Below are positions 11,872 through 21,588 of a stretch of 64,000 nucleotides of DNA, piece after piece. Both the position numbers and the translations under genes were made by a program. The notes beneath the pieces are model-generated. The model was not told the origin of the DNA, searched no databases, and saw nothing but the letters and a program-made list of their open reading frames with translations. The number at the start of each line of letters is the position of its first letter. The first letter of the stretch is position 1. The DNA is from Nitrospirota bacterium (lineage in GTDB: Bacteria; Nitrospirota; UBA9217). The stretch spans positions 156,926 to 220,925 of the forward strand of contig CAVVOB010000024.1 in the NCBI GenBank assembly GCA_963749655.1, given 5' to 3'.

Positions 11872-12082
11872 GAGTATCTTCTGGAAGTCTTGCTGCTCTC
11901 CGGAGGCGGTTGGCCGCGAAGAGCTGCTGTTCTTTGTATCATACCGCGGCACTCCGCCATATAGGCCAGCGTCCCGCAGGGAGATTTCTGTATTCGTCCG
12001 CCCCGGGACGACTGCATGTCCCTGTTCTTTTCCACCGACCGCTTCATAACCACTCCGCTGAAAAATCATCCGTCCTTGTTCT

Positions 12083-12111
12083 TCTATAACATAAGCTCCG
12101 GGAGAAATCAA
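12083..12111 (-). promoter_or_regulatory. sigma70-like promoter
   Basis: Minus strand TTGATT-N17-TATAGA with extended TG. Confidence 0.5.
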
Positions 12112-12467
12112 GGGAAATTACCTAACAGCGTTTTCGCAGTCCCTTATTCCCTGATGAACACCGCCGGAAATACATGCCCCGTGAAACATCATCGCTTTTC
12201 AACGTTACAAATCTGCACCCGTTCGGTCGGTGGAGCCCCCTCCGGCATCCCGACTTGCCGGGACTAAAATTGACGCGACTTCCCACCTGCACCCGGCGTT
12301 TACGAGTGCGGGTGCACGGAGTGCCAGGTGGAACTGCGAACTCGCGGGATTGCAAAAACATCATCCGGCCGGCAACAAATCGATGCGACGTTCTCACCGT
12401 TTTCATCGCAATAGCCTGACACCGTGCGATGTTCCCGGAATCCTGGCAATACAGAAACGTAACCGGT

Positions 12468-13312
12468 CTAATCCATGAAGACATAGTCCGTGTCGTGGTC
12501 CGTAACCATTCCCGGTCCGGTCTGATCGGGAATGAGAGGAAGAAGCTACCTTGTACGGATAGCGGGACAGGCCTGCAAGCTGTTCGGGAATGCCCCTTTT
12601 CCAGGCGTGCCCGATGCCGGCCAGCACGACCATGGTTCTTCCCGGATTTTTTTCCAGATACTCCATGATATGCCACGCCATGGTTTTGTCCCACACCATC
12701 TGTGCTTCGCAGAAGTTCAGGAATGTTTTGTCGCTCTTCGGCGAATGGCCAGCATAGGCTTTTCTGATGAACTCCATGTAGGTGGGATCGACGTTGCAGC
12801 TGATGCCTTGCGGGAGCTGACTTTTCTGGCGCGCATTCAGGGACGCGAATCCCCTCCTCGCAATGGCGTCCGCAATATCGTCAGGTATATTCAAACCTAT
12901 CACCGGAATCCTGTATTGCCGAAGGTACTCGAATATATCGCGATAGAGCGGCCATGGTTCACTCCAGTTGTCGTAATAGGCAGGAAGAAAATCATGGGTC
13001 TTCAGCGAGCCGTCGATCCATTGGGCCAGGACTTTATTATTCTCCGAACGGAACATCTCAATCCCCACAGCCAGCGGCGTGCCCGCCTTATGAAGAGCCC
13101 GGATGACGGCGAGCTCGTCGCGGTGGTGATCCGCGATGTCATGCACCTCGCCGACGAAAACGATCTTTGCCAGTTCGCACATCGCTGATCATGTTATCGA
13201 AAGGGATCTTCTTCCCGTCGCTTGCGCGAAACACCCTCTCATCGGGGACCAGCCAGGCGGCAAGGGCAAAACAGACGAATACGGACAGAATAATGAACGC
13301 TTTTATCTTCAT
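12468..13312 (-). CDS. ChaN (EreA-like) family exported protein (frameshifted)
   Basis: Signal-like N-terminus; VFVGEVHD, VGIEMF, AQMVWDKTMA, VLAGIGH. Confidence 0.8.
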
Positions 13313-13501
13313 ACTGTAATTGTTACGCCTCTTTGCAGCAATGTCAAGGATGAGATATGATGAATGCATGATCACCATCACGCGCTCACCAAAGAGACAT
13401 CATTGAACATCCTCATGGAGTGAGCTAGAATCTAGAGAAGGGAAAAAACCGAGTCGATCGTGCGGCGTCGGACAGCGTGCCGCACGGACAAGGGAGGATA
13501 T

Positions 13502-14365
13502 ATGAAAATAGGTTTCGTCGGACTTGGCATCATGGGCAGCCGCATGGCCGCCAATCTGCAAAAGAAAGGACATGAGCTGGTAGTCTATAACCGGACCCGG
13601 CAGAAGGCCGATGCGCTCGTGGCCAACGGAGCCCTCTGGGCCCCGACGCCGGCGGACCTGGCTAAACAGGTTACGGTCCTCATTACCATGCTTTCCAAAC
13701 CCGATGCCGTGGCTGAAGCGGCCCTTCTCGGCAAGTACGGATTCCTGAACCATCTTGGAGACAACGCCCTCTGGATCGATTGCAGCACCGTGAATCCCTC
13801 ATTCTCCCGGCTCATGGCCGCCGAAGCCAGGCAACGCAAGGTCAGGTTCATCGACGCGCCGGTAGGGGGTTCGAAGGGACCTGCCGAACAGGGACAGCTG
13901 CTCTTTTTCGTGGGTGGGGAAAAAAAAGACGTTGACGAGGTCCGGCCGCTGTTCGAAGCAATGGGGAAGGCGGTTTTTCACCTGGGCGGCAACGGCATGG
14001 GAACGGCTATGAAAATGGTGAACAACATCGTTCTTGCACAGGCAATGGCCGCCTTTTCCGAGGCGCTGGTCCTCGGGGAATCGCTCGGACTGACCAGAGA
14101 AACGCTGTTCAACACGCTCCTGAACTCTCCTGTTACGGCACCGTTCCTCGCTTTCAAGAGGACAAAACTTGAACAGGGAAACTTCGACGCCGAGTTCCCG
14201 CTCCTGTGGATGCATAAGGACCTGCAGCTTGCAGCCGATACCGCCTATGAAACCGGCGCGGTCCTGCCCCTGGCAAGCGCGACGAAGGAAATCTACGGGA
14301 TGGCGGTCAAAAACGGACTCGGAGAACAGGATTTTTCAGCGGTGTTCAAAGTATTGAGCAAATAG
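13502..14365 (+). CDS. 3-hydroxyisobutyrate dehydrogenase-family NAD(P) oxidoreductase
   Basis: GFVGLGIMGSRMA, DAPVGGS, MKMVNN, MHKDL. Confidence 0.92.
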   Translation: MKIGFVGLGIMGSRMAANLQKKGHELVVYNRTRQKADALVANGALWAPTPADLAKQVTVLITMLSKPDAVAEAALLGKYGFLNHLGDNALWIDCSTVNPSFSRLMAAEARQRKVRFIDAPVGGSKGPAEQGQLLFFVGGEKKDVDEVRPLFEAMGKAVFHLGGNGMGTAMKMVNNIVLAQAMAAFSEALVLGESLGLTRETLFNTLLNSPVTAPFLAFKRTKLEQGNFDAEFPLLWMHKDLQLAADTAYETGAVLPLASATKEIYGMAVKNGLGEQDFSAVFKVLSK

Positions 14366-14387
14366 GCCTTCTTCCGAAGCCCGGCTG

Positions 14388-15016
14388 TCAGCCCCACACA
14401 TCGACAGGGGGCACTGCCTTTTCCTGTTTCTCGATTGTCTTCAGCCAGAACTGGCGTTCGCTCTGGACCAGTTTCCGTTGCTGTCGATTTGCCGATCTTT
14501 TTTACGTGGACGGAGAAGTCGTCCTGGAGAAAATGAATGACGCGGGCCTGATCGCCTCCCAGGTCCTCGGCTATGAGCGGGATTCCGTCGTTCTTCAGAA
14601 ACTCACGGATAAAACGGCTGTTGACGTCGCCGACGCAGAAAAAATTGTCCCTCGACTCGGTGCCCAGATTGATCGAACCGCCGCCGAAGGCCTTTGCCTT
14701 GAGATTGGCCCGCCGTGCTCCGAGCTTCAGCATCTCGTTGATGATGAGCTCCATGGCGTGAATGCCGTACCTGCCCGCTTCGCTCATGCAGGTCGGAAGG
14801 TTCTTGGCATACCGCCGGTTGCTCAGCATGAAATGGTTCATACCGATGACCCTGTTGACAGGATCGTAGAGACAGGCGGCGACGCAGGAGCCGAGCAGTG
14901 TCCGGACCGTAACGGGCTTGTTCGTTGCGTAAAACTCTCCAGGCATGATATTGATGTGCAACCTCGATCCTCGTTCCTGTACCATCATGGGTAATCGTCC
15001 CCGACTCACGGCTCAT
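14388..15016 (-). CDS. cheD: chemoreceptor glutamine deamidase CheD (frameshifts at both ends)
   Basis: IMPGEF, TLLGSCVA, GMNHFML, KAFGGG, EDLGG. Confidence 0.9.
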
Positions 15017-15091
15017 CAGAAGTAACTTTAGAATTATTATAACCTATTTTTGCACTAAATTGCAGCAAAACTTCCGCATAAAACGCGCTTA

Positions 15092-16618
15092 TCACGACCT
15101 CTGCCATGCGAGCCACCGGAAAAAAAGCTTCCTGATGAGAGGAGTGAGCCTCGTCCGGTTGTAGGCGTCGGCAAGCTTCCTGATCGCCTCTGCCTGCGTG
15201 GGATAGGGATGAATGGTCTTGCCGATGGCGGACAAACCGATGCCCGCGGTGATCGCGAGCGTCAGTTCACTGATCATCTCGCCAGCGTGCCGGGCCACGA
15301 TCGTGGCGCCGTGGATCCTGTCGCTTCCCTTACGGAGATGTACCCGGGCAAATCCTTCCGTCTCGCCGTCGAGAAGCGCCCGGTCGACCTCGGACAGAGG
15401 CACGGTCAGGGTCAGGACGTCGATGCCCTCCTTTCCGGCATCGTGCTCGTTCATTCCTACATGGGCGACTTCCGGATCGGTATAGGTGCACCAGGGGACC
15501 ACGAGCGAAGAAACGGTTTGCCGCGCTTTGAACAGAGCATTGGCGATGACGATGCGAGCCATGGCGTCGGCGGCGTGGGTGAATTTGTAGGGGGAGCAGA
15601 CGTCTCCCGCAGCATACACACGGGGATTCGAGGTCTGCAGCCGGTCATTTACGAGGATGCCCTGCCGGCTGTCGTACTCGATCCCGCCTGACTCGAGACC
15701 CAACCCGTCCACGTTGGGCTTTCTGCCCGTTGCGGCGAGAATTTCATCGACCGTGAGCTCCATGGTGCTCCTGTCGTCCTGAACAATGATGATCCTCTCC
15801 GCTCCCCGCTGTTCGATCCTTTTGATCTGCGTTTTGAGCCGAAGCTCCACACCGTCCCGAAGCAGAGAACGTTCGATTACGGCCGCAGCATCGGCGTCCT
15901 CCCTCGGGAGGACCTGCGCACCTCGCTGAAGCATGGTGACCCGGCTTCCCATCCGGGCAAAGGACTGGGCAAGCTCGACTCCCACGGGGCCGCCGCCGAT
16001 AACGGCAAGCCGTTTCGGAAGCGCGGTGAGCCGGAAGATGGTTTCATTGGTCAGGCAGCCCTTCCCGTCGATGCCGGGAATTGGCGGGAGCGCGGCTCTC
16101 GCACCCGTGCAGATCGCCGCCTTCTTGAAACGGAGACGTTTGCCGTCGACCCCGATGGTGTCGGGACCAAGGAACCTGCCGCTGCCGATAAAGACATCGA
16201 CGCCGAGGTCCCTGCTGAACCGCTCTGCTGAATCATGGGAGCTGATGCCGGCCCTGATGCGGCGCATGCGCTCCATAGCCTTGCTGAAATCGACCTTTAC
16301 GTCCCTTCCCGGTTCGACACCGAATTCTTCGGACGCTCTGACATCATAAGCCGCCCGCGCCGCTCTGATGATGCCCTTGGAGGGAACGCAGCCGACATTG
16401 AGGCAGTCTCCGCCGAGCAGATGCCGTTCGATGAGAGCGACCTTTGCTCCCAGGGCGGAAGCGCCTGCAGCCGTCACCAATCCCGCAGTGCCACCCCCCA
16501 GAACGACAAGGTTGTAGTGATCGGCGGGTTCGGGGTTGGTCCATGCAGAAGGATGAACATTGGCGACCAGCTTCCGGTTGTACTCATCATCCGGCAGGAT
16601 AAGATCGGCATCATCCAT
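15092..16618 (-). CDS. FAD-dependent pyridine nucleotide-disulfide oxidoreductase (MerA/LpdA-like)
   Basis: GGGTAG, GGDCLNVGCVPSK, GGGPVG, HPYPT; no C-terminal Cys pair. Confidence 0.9.
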   Translation of the reverse strand: MDDADLILPDDEYNRKLVANVHPSAWTNPEPADHYNLVVLGGGTAGLVTAAGASALGAKVALIERHLLGGDCLNVGCVPSKGIIRAARAAYDVRASEEFGVEPGRDVKVDFSKAMERMRRIRAGISSHDSAERFSRDLGVDVFIGSGRFLGPDTIGVDGKRLRFKKAAICTGARAALPPIPGIDGKGCLTNETIFRLTALPKRLAVIGGGPVGVELAQSFARMGSRVTMLQRGAQVLPREDADAAAVIERSLLRDGVELRLKTQIKRIEQRGAERIIIVQDDRSTMELTVDEILAATGRKPNVDGLGLESGGIEYDSRQGILVNDRLQTSNPRVYAAGDVCSPYKFTHAADAMARIVIANALFKARQTVSSLVVPWCTYTDPEVAHVGMNEHDAGKEGIDVLTLTVPLSEVDRALLDGETEGFARVHLRKGSDRIHGATIVARHAGEMISELTLAITAGIGLSAIGKTIHPYPTQAEAIRKLADAYNRTRLTPLIRKLFFRWLAWQRS

Positions 16619-16739
16619 GGGAGGGAATCCTTTCGAAGCATGAAGGACCCGATTTCACGCATCAGGAAAAAATTTAAAAAATCAGTACCGCATCGGGCGG
16701 ACGCAGCGCGATCCGGCGCACAGCCGTGAGAATGAAAAA

Positions 16740-16985
16740 TTGTATGCACTCAACGTGGTGGCCGAAATAGACCGAATGGGCGATCTCAAGAATGGCCGTC
16801 GACAATTCGGTGTTGTTGACGGCGATCTTTGTCCCCAGTTCCTGGATCGTCCGCTTGCTGGCATTCACGTTATCGAGAACGTTGAGCCCGGCGAGGTCGA
16901 AGCCGAGATCGATACTGGCCAGGACCTTCTGCAGTACGCCTTCGATAAGGTCCTTTTCTTCCCTTGTTAAAACATCAGGTGCCAT
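16740..16985 (-). pseudogene. truncated HDOD-like N-terminal fragment
   Basis: ELSTAILEIAHSVYFG resembles HDOD L(S/T)AxxLxxANSxxFG; similarity stops right after. Confidence 0.45.
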
Positions 16986-17027
16986 ATCGTTGTCCTGCTC
17001 TTTCCTGATGCTGCATGCCTGCTTCGG

Positions 17028-17064
17028 TTAAGCGGGCGACCGCCCGCTACGCAATGGCCCCTAT
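17028..17064 (-). promoter_or_regulatory. candidate bacterial SECIS element
   Basis: AGCGGGC-GGTC-GCCCGCT hairpin, loop 23 nt after the in-frame UGA. Confidence 0.65.
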
Positions 17065-18015
17065 TCATGACGATCCCTGCCCTGCCGTGCAGCCGAAACA
17101 GTGCTCGCCCGCCGCTATAACCCGATCCGAAAGCGCATCGTAGTCGAAGGCTTCGATGCGGTGAGCCGGGGACTGCGCCGGAAGATCCAGAACCTGGTTG
17201 AAATCACAGTCGTACAACGTTCCGTTCCATCCTACGCTCAGAATATGCCTGCACATGACTTTATCGAGTGCGGCGGGATTGAAGGCCCCGGCAAGCTTGT
17301 CCAGATATCTATCGAGGTTCCCGGTGCGTTCGAGAAAATTGCGGAACCTCCCGATCGGCATGTTGGCGAAGGCATAGAGCCGCGTGAACGACAGGCCGAA
17401 GCGGTCTTTGAGCGACCGCCGGTATTCCGTTTCCAGAGCTTCCTGCGCAGGCGGGAGGAACATTCCCTGGGGATTGTACACGAGATTCAAAGGGAGGTCG
17501 TTGGATTCGCCCGCGCCGCACCCATATCCAAGGCTGTTCAACATTTTGAGGGCATTGATGCTTTTCAGGAAGGTTCCGCTCCCCCTCACCCGGTCAACGC
17601 CGTCTTCAAGATAAAAGGGCAGCGATGCGATCAGTTCAACCTGATGGCCGCAATAGAACTCCGCCAACCCCTCCATCCCCGGTTCAAAAAGGACGGTCAG
17701 GTTCGTCCGGACGATGACGCGGCGTCCGGCTTTTCTTGCCTCTGCAACCAGCATGCGGAACGAAGGATTGAGTTCCGGAGAACCTCCCGTCAGATCGAGA
17801 GTTTCGAACGGATGATTGGCAACAACATGCAGGACCTCACGTGCGGTTTTCTCATCCATGACCTCCGTACGGTCCGGTCCACCCTGAACGTGGCAGTGTT
17901 TGCACGCCATATTGCATCGGTAGCCCAGGTTGGCCTGGAGAATCTTGAGCTCCCGTGCCTTGAGAGGTCCTCCCTGCGCGGCCTGGAGCCGTTGTTCAAA
18001 CTTCGTCTGCGTCAT
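17047..18015 (-). CDS. arsS: ArsS-family radical SAM protein, probable selenoprotein (UGA at 17065-17067)
   Basis: CNMACKHC, DLTGGSPE, LYDCDFNQ, HCFGCTAGQGSS-UGA-IGAIA-stop; SECIS-like hairpin. Confidence 0.85.
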
Positions 18016-18062
18016 TCTATCCTGCCCTTGAATCCGAAGAAGAGTACGCCGAACCCGGAAAA

Positions 18063-18395
18063 CTACAGTGAATTTCGATCAACGGCATTATGCGCCTGGA
18101 TGGTATGGATGAGTGATGCCCCGCCCCGGATGGCCGATGCCACGTGCACTGCCTCGGTGATGTGCTCCAGGCCCATTCCTTCTTCGAGACAGGACCGGGA
18201 ATAGGCGTCGATGCAGTAAGGACACTGGAGCGCATGGGCCACGGCCACGGCGATCAGGACCTTCTCGCGCTTCGTAAGCGATCCCGGCTCGAGCGATGCA
18301 TTGTACCATTCCATAAATTTTTTGAACAACGTCGTATTGTGCTTCCCGACTTCCCCGAACCGGTCGAGGTCTTCCGCCTTGTAGTATTCCGTCAT
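18063..18395 (-). CDS. AhpD/CMD-family peroxidase-like protein associated with arsS
   Basis: REKVLIAVAVAHALQCPYCID, EAVHVASAIRGGA. Confidence 0.88.
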   Translation of the reverse strand: MTEYYKAEDLDRFGEVGKHNTTLFKKFMEWYNASLEPGSLTKREKVLIAVAVAHALQCPYCIDAYSRSCLEEGMGLEHITEAVHVASAIRGGASLIHTIQAHNAVDRNSL

Positions 18396-18515
18396 GCCCT
18401 GTCTCCCTGCCCTGAAATTGTTGTCACGAAAGAATTTTATGCTAAATTATACCACACGAGGGGATTGCTATCGAACGTATCATAAGGAATTGCGACGTCC
18501 CGCCTTTATCTGCCG

Positions 18516-19613
18516 TCAGGCGCCCCTGTTCCGCGCCGGCCGGATGAAAAGAAAATATACCATCGTCCAGTTGCCCAGAAAGATGAAGGCATTCGCCACC
18601 CAGCTCGATACCGCAAGCGTCGACACACCGGTGAGACCGTGGCCGATATTGCACCCTCCCCCGATCTCGGCGCCTATCCCCATAAGGAATCCGCCGAAAA
18701 GCCCTTTCAGCAGTTCTTTCGGCGGCGGTACCTTGAGCCCGAACTCGTGCAGCAGTCTGGCGCTGATGAAGGAACCCACGGGAACGGCAAGAACGTAGAG
18801 CGCGCTCCACGAAAAGGTCACGCCCAGTATGGTCCGCGATTCTGCGGGCACAACGGCAGAAAGGTTGTTTTGGTAATTGCCGAAAACCACTGCAAAGAAG
18901 AATTCCCGCACCGGCCCGGTGAACGAAAGACCCCGCGCCCGGCCGCCGAAATCTTCAGACGCCCACCAGGCCGCCACGGCCACAAGACCGACCAGCAATC
19001 CGGTGAAGGACCACGAGTACCCTCTTTTCGCCCTGCGGAACGGTTTCCCCTGGAATATGAACATCAGGAAAACCGCTGATATCGCGGTTATTACGATCCA
19101 CTTGTTCACCCCGAGCACGCTGTAGAGCGTCGGCGCCGGTCCTATTGCGGGAATCTCGACCGAGAGGAGACGTTTGTACGCCGGCCGCAGAATCCCGAAT
19201 TTCGTTGTCGCTATTCCGAAGAAGAAGCCGAAAACGGCCAGCAGGTAGGCGAGGTTGCCCTCTCCGACACGATACAGGATGCCGCTGCCGCATCCTCCGG
19301 CCAGCACGATCCCCAAACCGAAAATATACCCGCCGATCACATTGGCCCAAGGTACAAAACCCTGGCGCTCGAGCTCGCCGGCAACCACTCCGCCGGCGGC
19401 ATTGCCATGATGCAGCCTCCCCAGGTCTTCGAGCAGGTTTGCACCGATCATCGTGACCACCACGGCAAGCAGGTAGGCGCGCAGAAGCGTATAATCCCCG
19501 AACAGCACCTCGCGGTATGCGGAGTTCATGCAGAAACGGCCGCGCTGGAGCACGAAGCCGAAGGACAGGCCGATGACGAGGCCCGATATGACAAATGCCG
19601 TGGCCGATACCAT
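18516..19613 (-). CDS. YeeE/YedE family sulfur-compound transporter
   Basis: QRGRFC, GGCGSG, GGCNIG motifs; multiple TM segments. Confidence 0.9.
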   Translation of the reverse strand: MVSATAFVISGLVIGLSFGFVLQRGRFCMNSAYREVLFGDYTLLRAYLLAVVVTMIGANLLEDLGRLHHGNAAGGVVAGELERQGFVPWANVIGGYIFGLGIVLAGGCGSGILYRVGEGNLAYLLAVFGFFFGIATTKFGILRPAYKRLLSVEIPAIGPAPTLYSVLGVNKWIVITAISAVFLMFIFQGKPFRRAKRGYSWSFTGLLVGLVAVAAWWASEDFGGRARGLSFTGPVREFFFAVVFGNYQNNLSAVVPAESRTILGVTFSWSALYVLAVPVGSFISARLLHEFGLKVPPPKELLKGLFGGFLMGIGAEIGGGCNIGHGLTGVSTLAVSSWVANAFIFLGNWTMVYFLFIRPARNRGA

Positions 19614-19792
19614 GCTTCGCCTCCCTGAAAGAACACCCGCCGGAGTTCTTCACATGGTTCTCTGACCGTGAACTGCTGCGAAAAGCGCTCCCTTCAGGAA
19701 ACTGGTGGGCATTTCTCTGCAGCATTCTTCTTTATTAAATTATATCACTCACTCTGCGATCCGGTATCGAGGATGCTGCAGACCGGGGGGAA

Positions 19793-21166
19793 TCATGTCT
19801 TCATCTCTTTGATGCGACGGATCACTTCGCTGACAGCCTGCTGGGCGTTCCCATAGAGCATGTGGGTATTGTCAGCGGTAAAAAGCGCGTTCTCGATTCC
19901 CGAATAGCCCGCGCCCTTGCCGCGCTTGATCACGATCACGTTGCGCGCCTTGTCCGCATTCAGGATCGGCATGCCGTAGAGAGGGCTTGTGCGGTCGCTG
20001 CGCGCCGCGGGATTGACCACGTCATTGGCGCCGATCACGAGGGCAACGTCGGTCTGCTCGAACTCCTCGTTGATCTCCTCGAGATCGAAGATCCGGTCGT
20101 AGGACACGCCCGCTTCAGCGAGCAGCACGTTCATATGGCCCGGCATTCTCCCGGCCACCGGGTGGATGGCGTACTTGACCGTCACGCCGGCCTCTTCCAG
20201 GAGAAGCGACATTTCCTTTACCTTGTGCTGGGCCTGGCCCACGGCCATACCGTATCCCGGCACGATGATCACCTTCTGCGCATAGAGCAAGAGTGAGGCA
20301 ACATCGAGCGCCGACAGTTCCTTGAGTGAACCGGCTGCGGAAGCGCCTGACGTCTGCGACTCGCCCGAGATCGGACGGAAGAGGATGGCCCCGATCTTTC
20401 GGTTCATTGCTTTTGCCATGAGCTGGGTCAGGAGCGTACCTGCAGCGCCGACCACGATGCCGGCCACGATGAGCGCAGGATTATTCAGAACATATCCTTC
20501 GAAGCCCACGGCCAGGCCTGTCATGGCGTTAAACAGGGAAATCACCACCGGCATGTCTGCGCCGCCGATGGGCAGCGTGACCACCGTTCCCAGAACAAGC
20601 GACAGGACAAAGAACCAGATAATGGGATAGACCGTCATCCCCCCCGACCGGAGAAGCCCGATTCCCGACACGACGACGGCGACGGCCAGGACCAGGTTGA
20701 TCGCGTTCTGGGCGGGCATGGTGAAGGACTTTCGCATGATCCCCTGCAGTTTCGCGAACGCCACGACGGACCCGGCAAAGGACACTGCTCCGATCAAGCC
20801 GCCCGCGATCGCCAGGGACGAGACAATGAGGCCGCGAGTTCCGCCGCGGGCCATTTCGATGGCGGCTATGGAAGCGGCAGCGCCGCCGCCCATGCCGTTG
20901 AACAGCGCCACCATCTGCGGCATGTCGGTCACCTTGACGGTCCTGCCGAACCACCAGGACAGACCGCCGCCCGAGGCCGCAGCGATGATCATGAGCAGAT
21001 AATTGTTCATGCCCGGCCAGCCGAAGGTGACCAGGGCGGCCAGCGCCATGCCCAAACCGGCCCATGTCATGCCGCGCCGGGCAGTGACGGGCGATGACAT
21101 CCCTTTCAGGCCGAGTATGAAAAGAACTGCAGCGATGATGTAGCTTGTGTTGATGAGGATCTTCAT
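19793..21166 (-). CDS. pntB: NAD(P) transhydrogenase beta subunit
   Basis: IGGADMPVVIS, PGYGMAV, HPVAGRMPGHMNV, GANDVVNP. Confidence 0.96.
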   Translation of the reverse strand: MKILINTSYIIAAVLFILGLKGMSSPVTARRGMTWAGLGMALAALVTFGWPGMNNYLLMIIAAASGGGLSWWFGRTVKVTDMPQMVALFNGMGGGAAASIAAIEMARGGTRGLIVSSLAIAGGLIGAVSFAGSVVAFAKLQGIMRKSFTMPAQNAINLVLAVAVVVSGIGLLRSGGMTVYPIIWFFVLSLVLGTVVTLPIGGADMPVVISLFNAMTGLAVGFEGYVLNNPALIVAGIVVGAAGTLLTQLMAKAMNRKIGAILFRPISGESQTSGASAAGSLKELSALDVASLLLYAQKVIIVPGYGMAVGQAQHKVKEMSLLLEEAGVTVKYAIHPVAGRMPGHMNVLLAEAGVSYDRIFDLEEINEEFEQTDVALVIGANDVVNPAARSDRTSPLYGMPILNADKARNVIVIKRGKGAGYSGIENALFTADNTHMLYGNAQQAVSEVIRRIKEMKT

Positions 21167-21225
21167 GGTCGGGAATCGTCTCTATAAGTCTTCATTATTC
21201 GATGAAATAGCAATACGTCTTGTTT

Positions 21226-21296
21226 AACCGCTGAGTCGCAGAGGGCGCGGAGAAACTTCAGTGTAAACCCTCTCGGCGTCTCAGCGTCTCCGCGTT
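21226..21296. repeat. inverted pair of three ~9-mer units (cgcNgag)
   Basis: aaccgctgagtcgcagagggcgcggag ... ctcggcgtctcagcgtctccgcgtt. Confidence 0.7.
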
Positions 21297-21306
21297 GACG
21301 AGTTCT

Positions 21307-21588
21307 TCACTTCTTTTCGTTCTTGAACATCCCGAGCATGCGGTCCGTAACAATGTAGCCGCCTGCAGCGTTCGCGGCCCCCAGGAACACGGCGATGAAC
21401 CCGATGATCTCTTCGAGCGGCGTCTGCGCTTCTCCCAGGGCGACCATTGCGCCGACGAGCACGACGCCGTGTATGAAGTTCGATCCCGACATGAGCGGCG
21501 TGTGCAGGATCACCGGCACGCGGGATATCACCTCGTAGCCGGTGAACGCAGCGAGCATGAATATATAGAGCGCAGCAAAGCCTTCCAT
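21307..21588 (-). CDS. pntA: NAD(P) transhydrogenase alpha subunit part 2
   Basis: LHTPLMSGSNFIHG, GGYIVTDRML. Confidence 0.94.
   Translation of the reverse strand: MEGFAALYIFMLAAFTGYEVISRVPVILHTPLMSGSNFIHGVVLVGAMVALGEAQTPLEEIIGFIAVFLGAANAAGGYIVTDRMLGMFKNEKK

Noticed and set aside
12326-12338. T-box (GGTGGAACTGCG)
   Set aside because: Mismatch to UGGNACC, no stem I or following terminator, and no downstream plus-strand gene.
15092-16618. True mercuric reductase MerA
   Set aside because: No C-terminal Cys-Cys, no NmerA domain, no mer operon genes.
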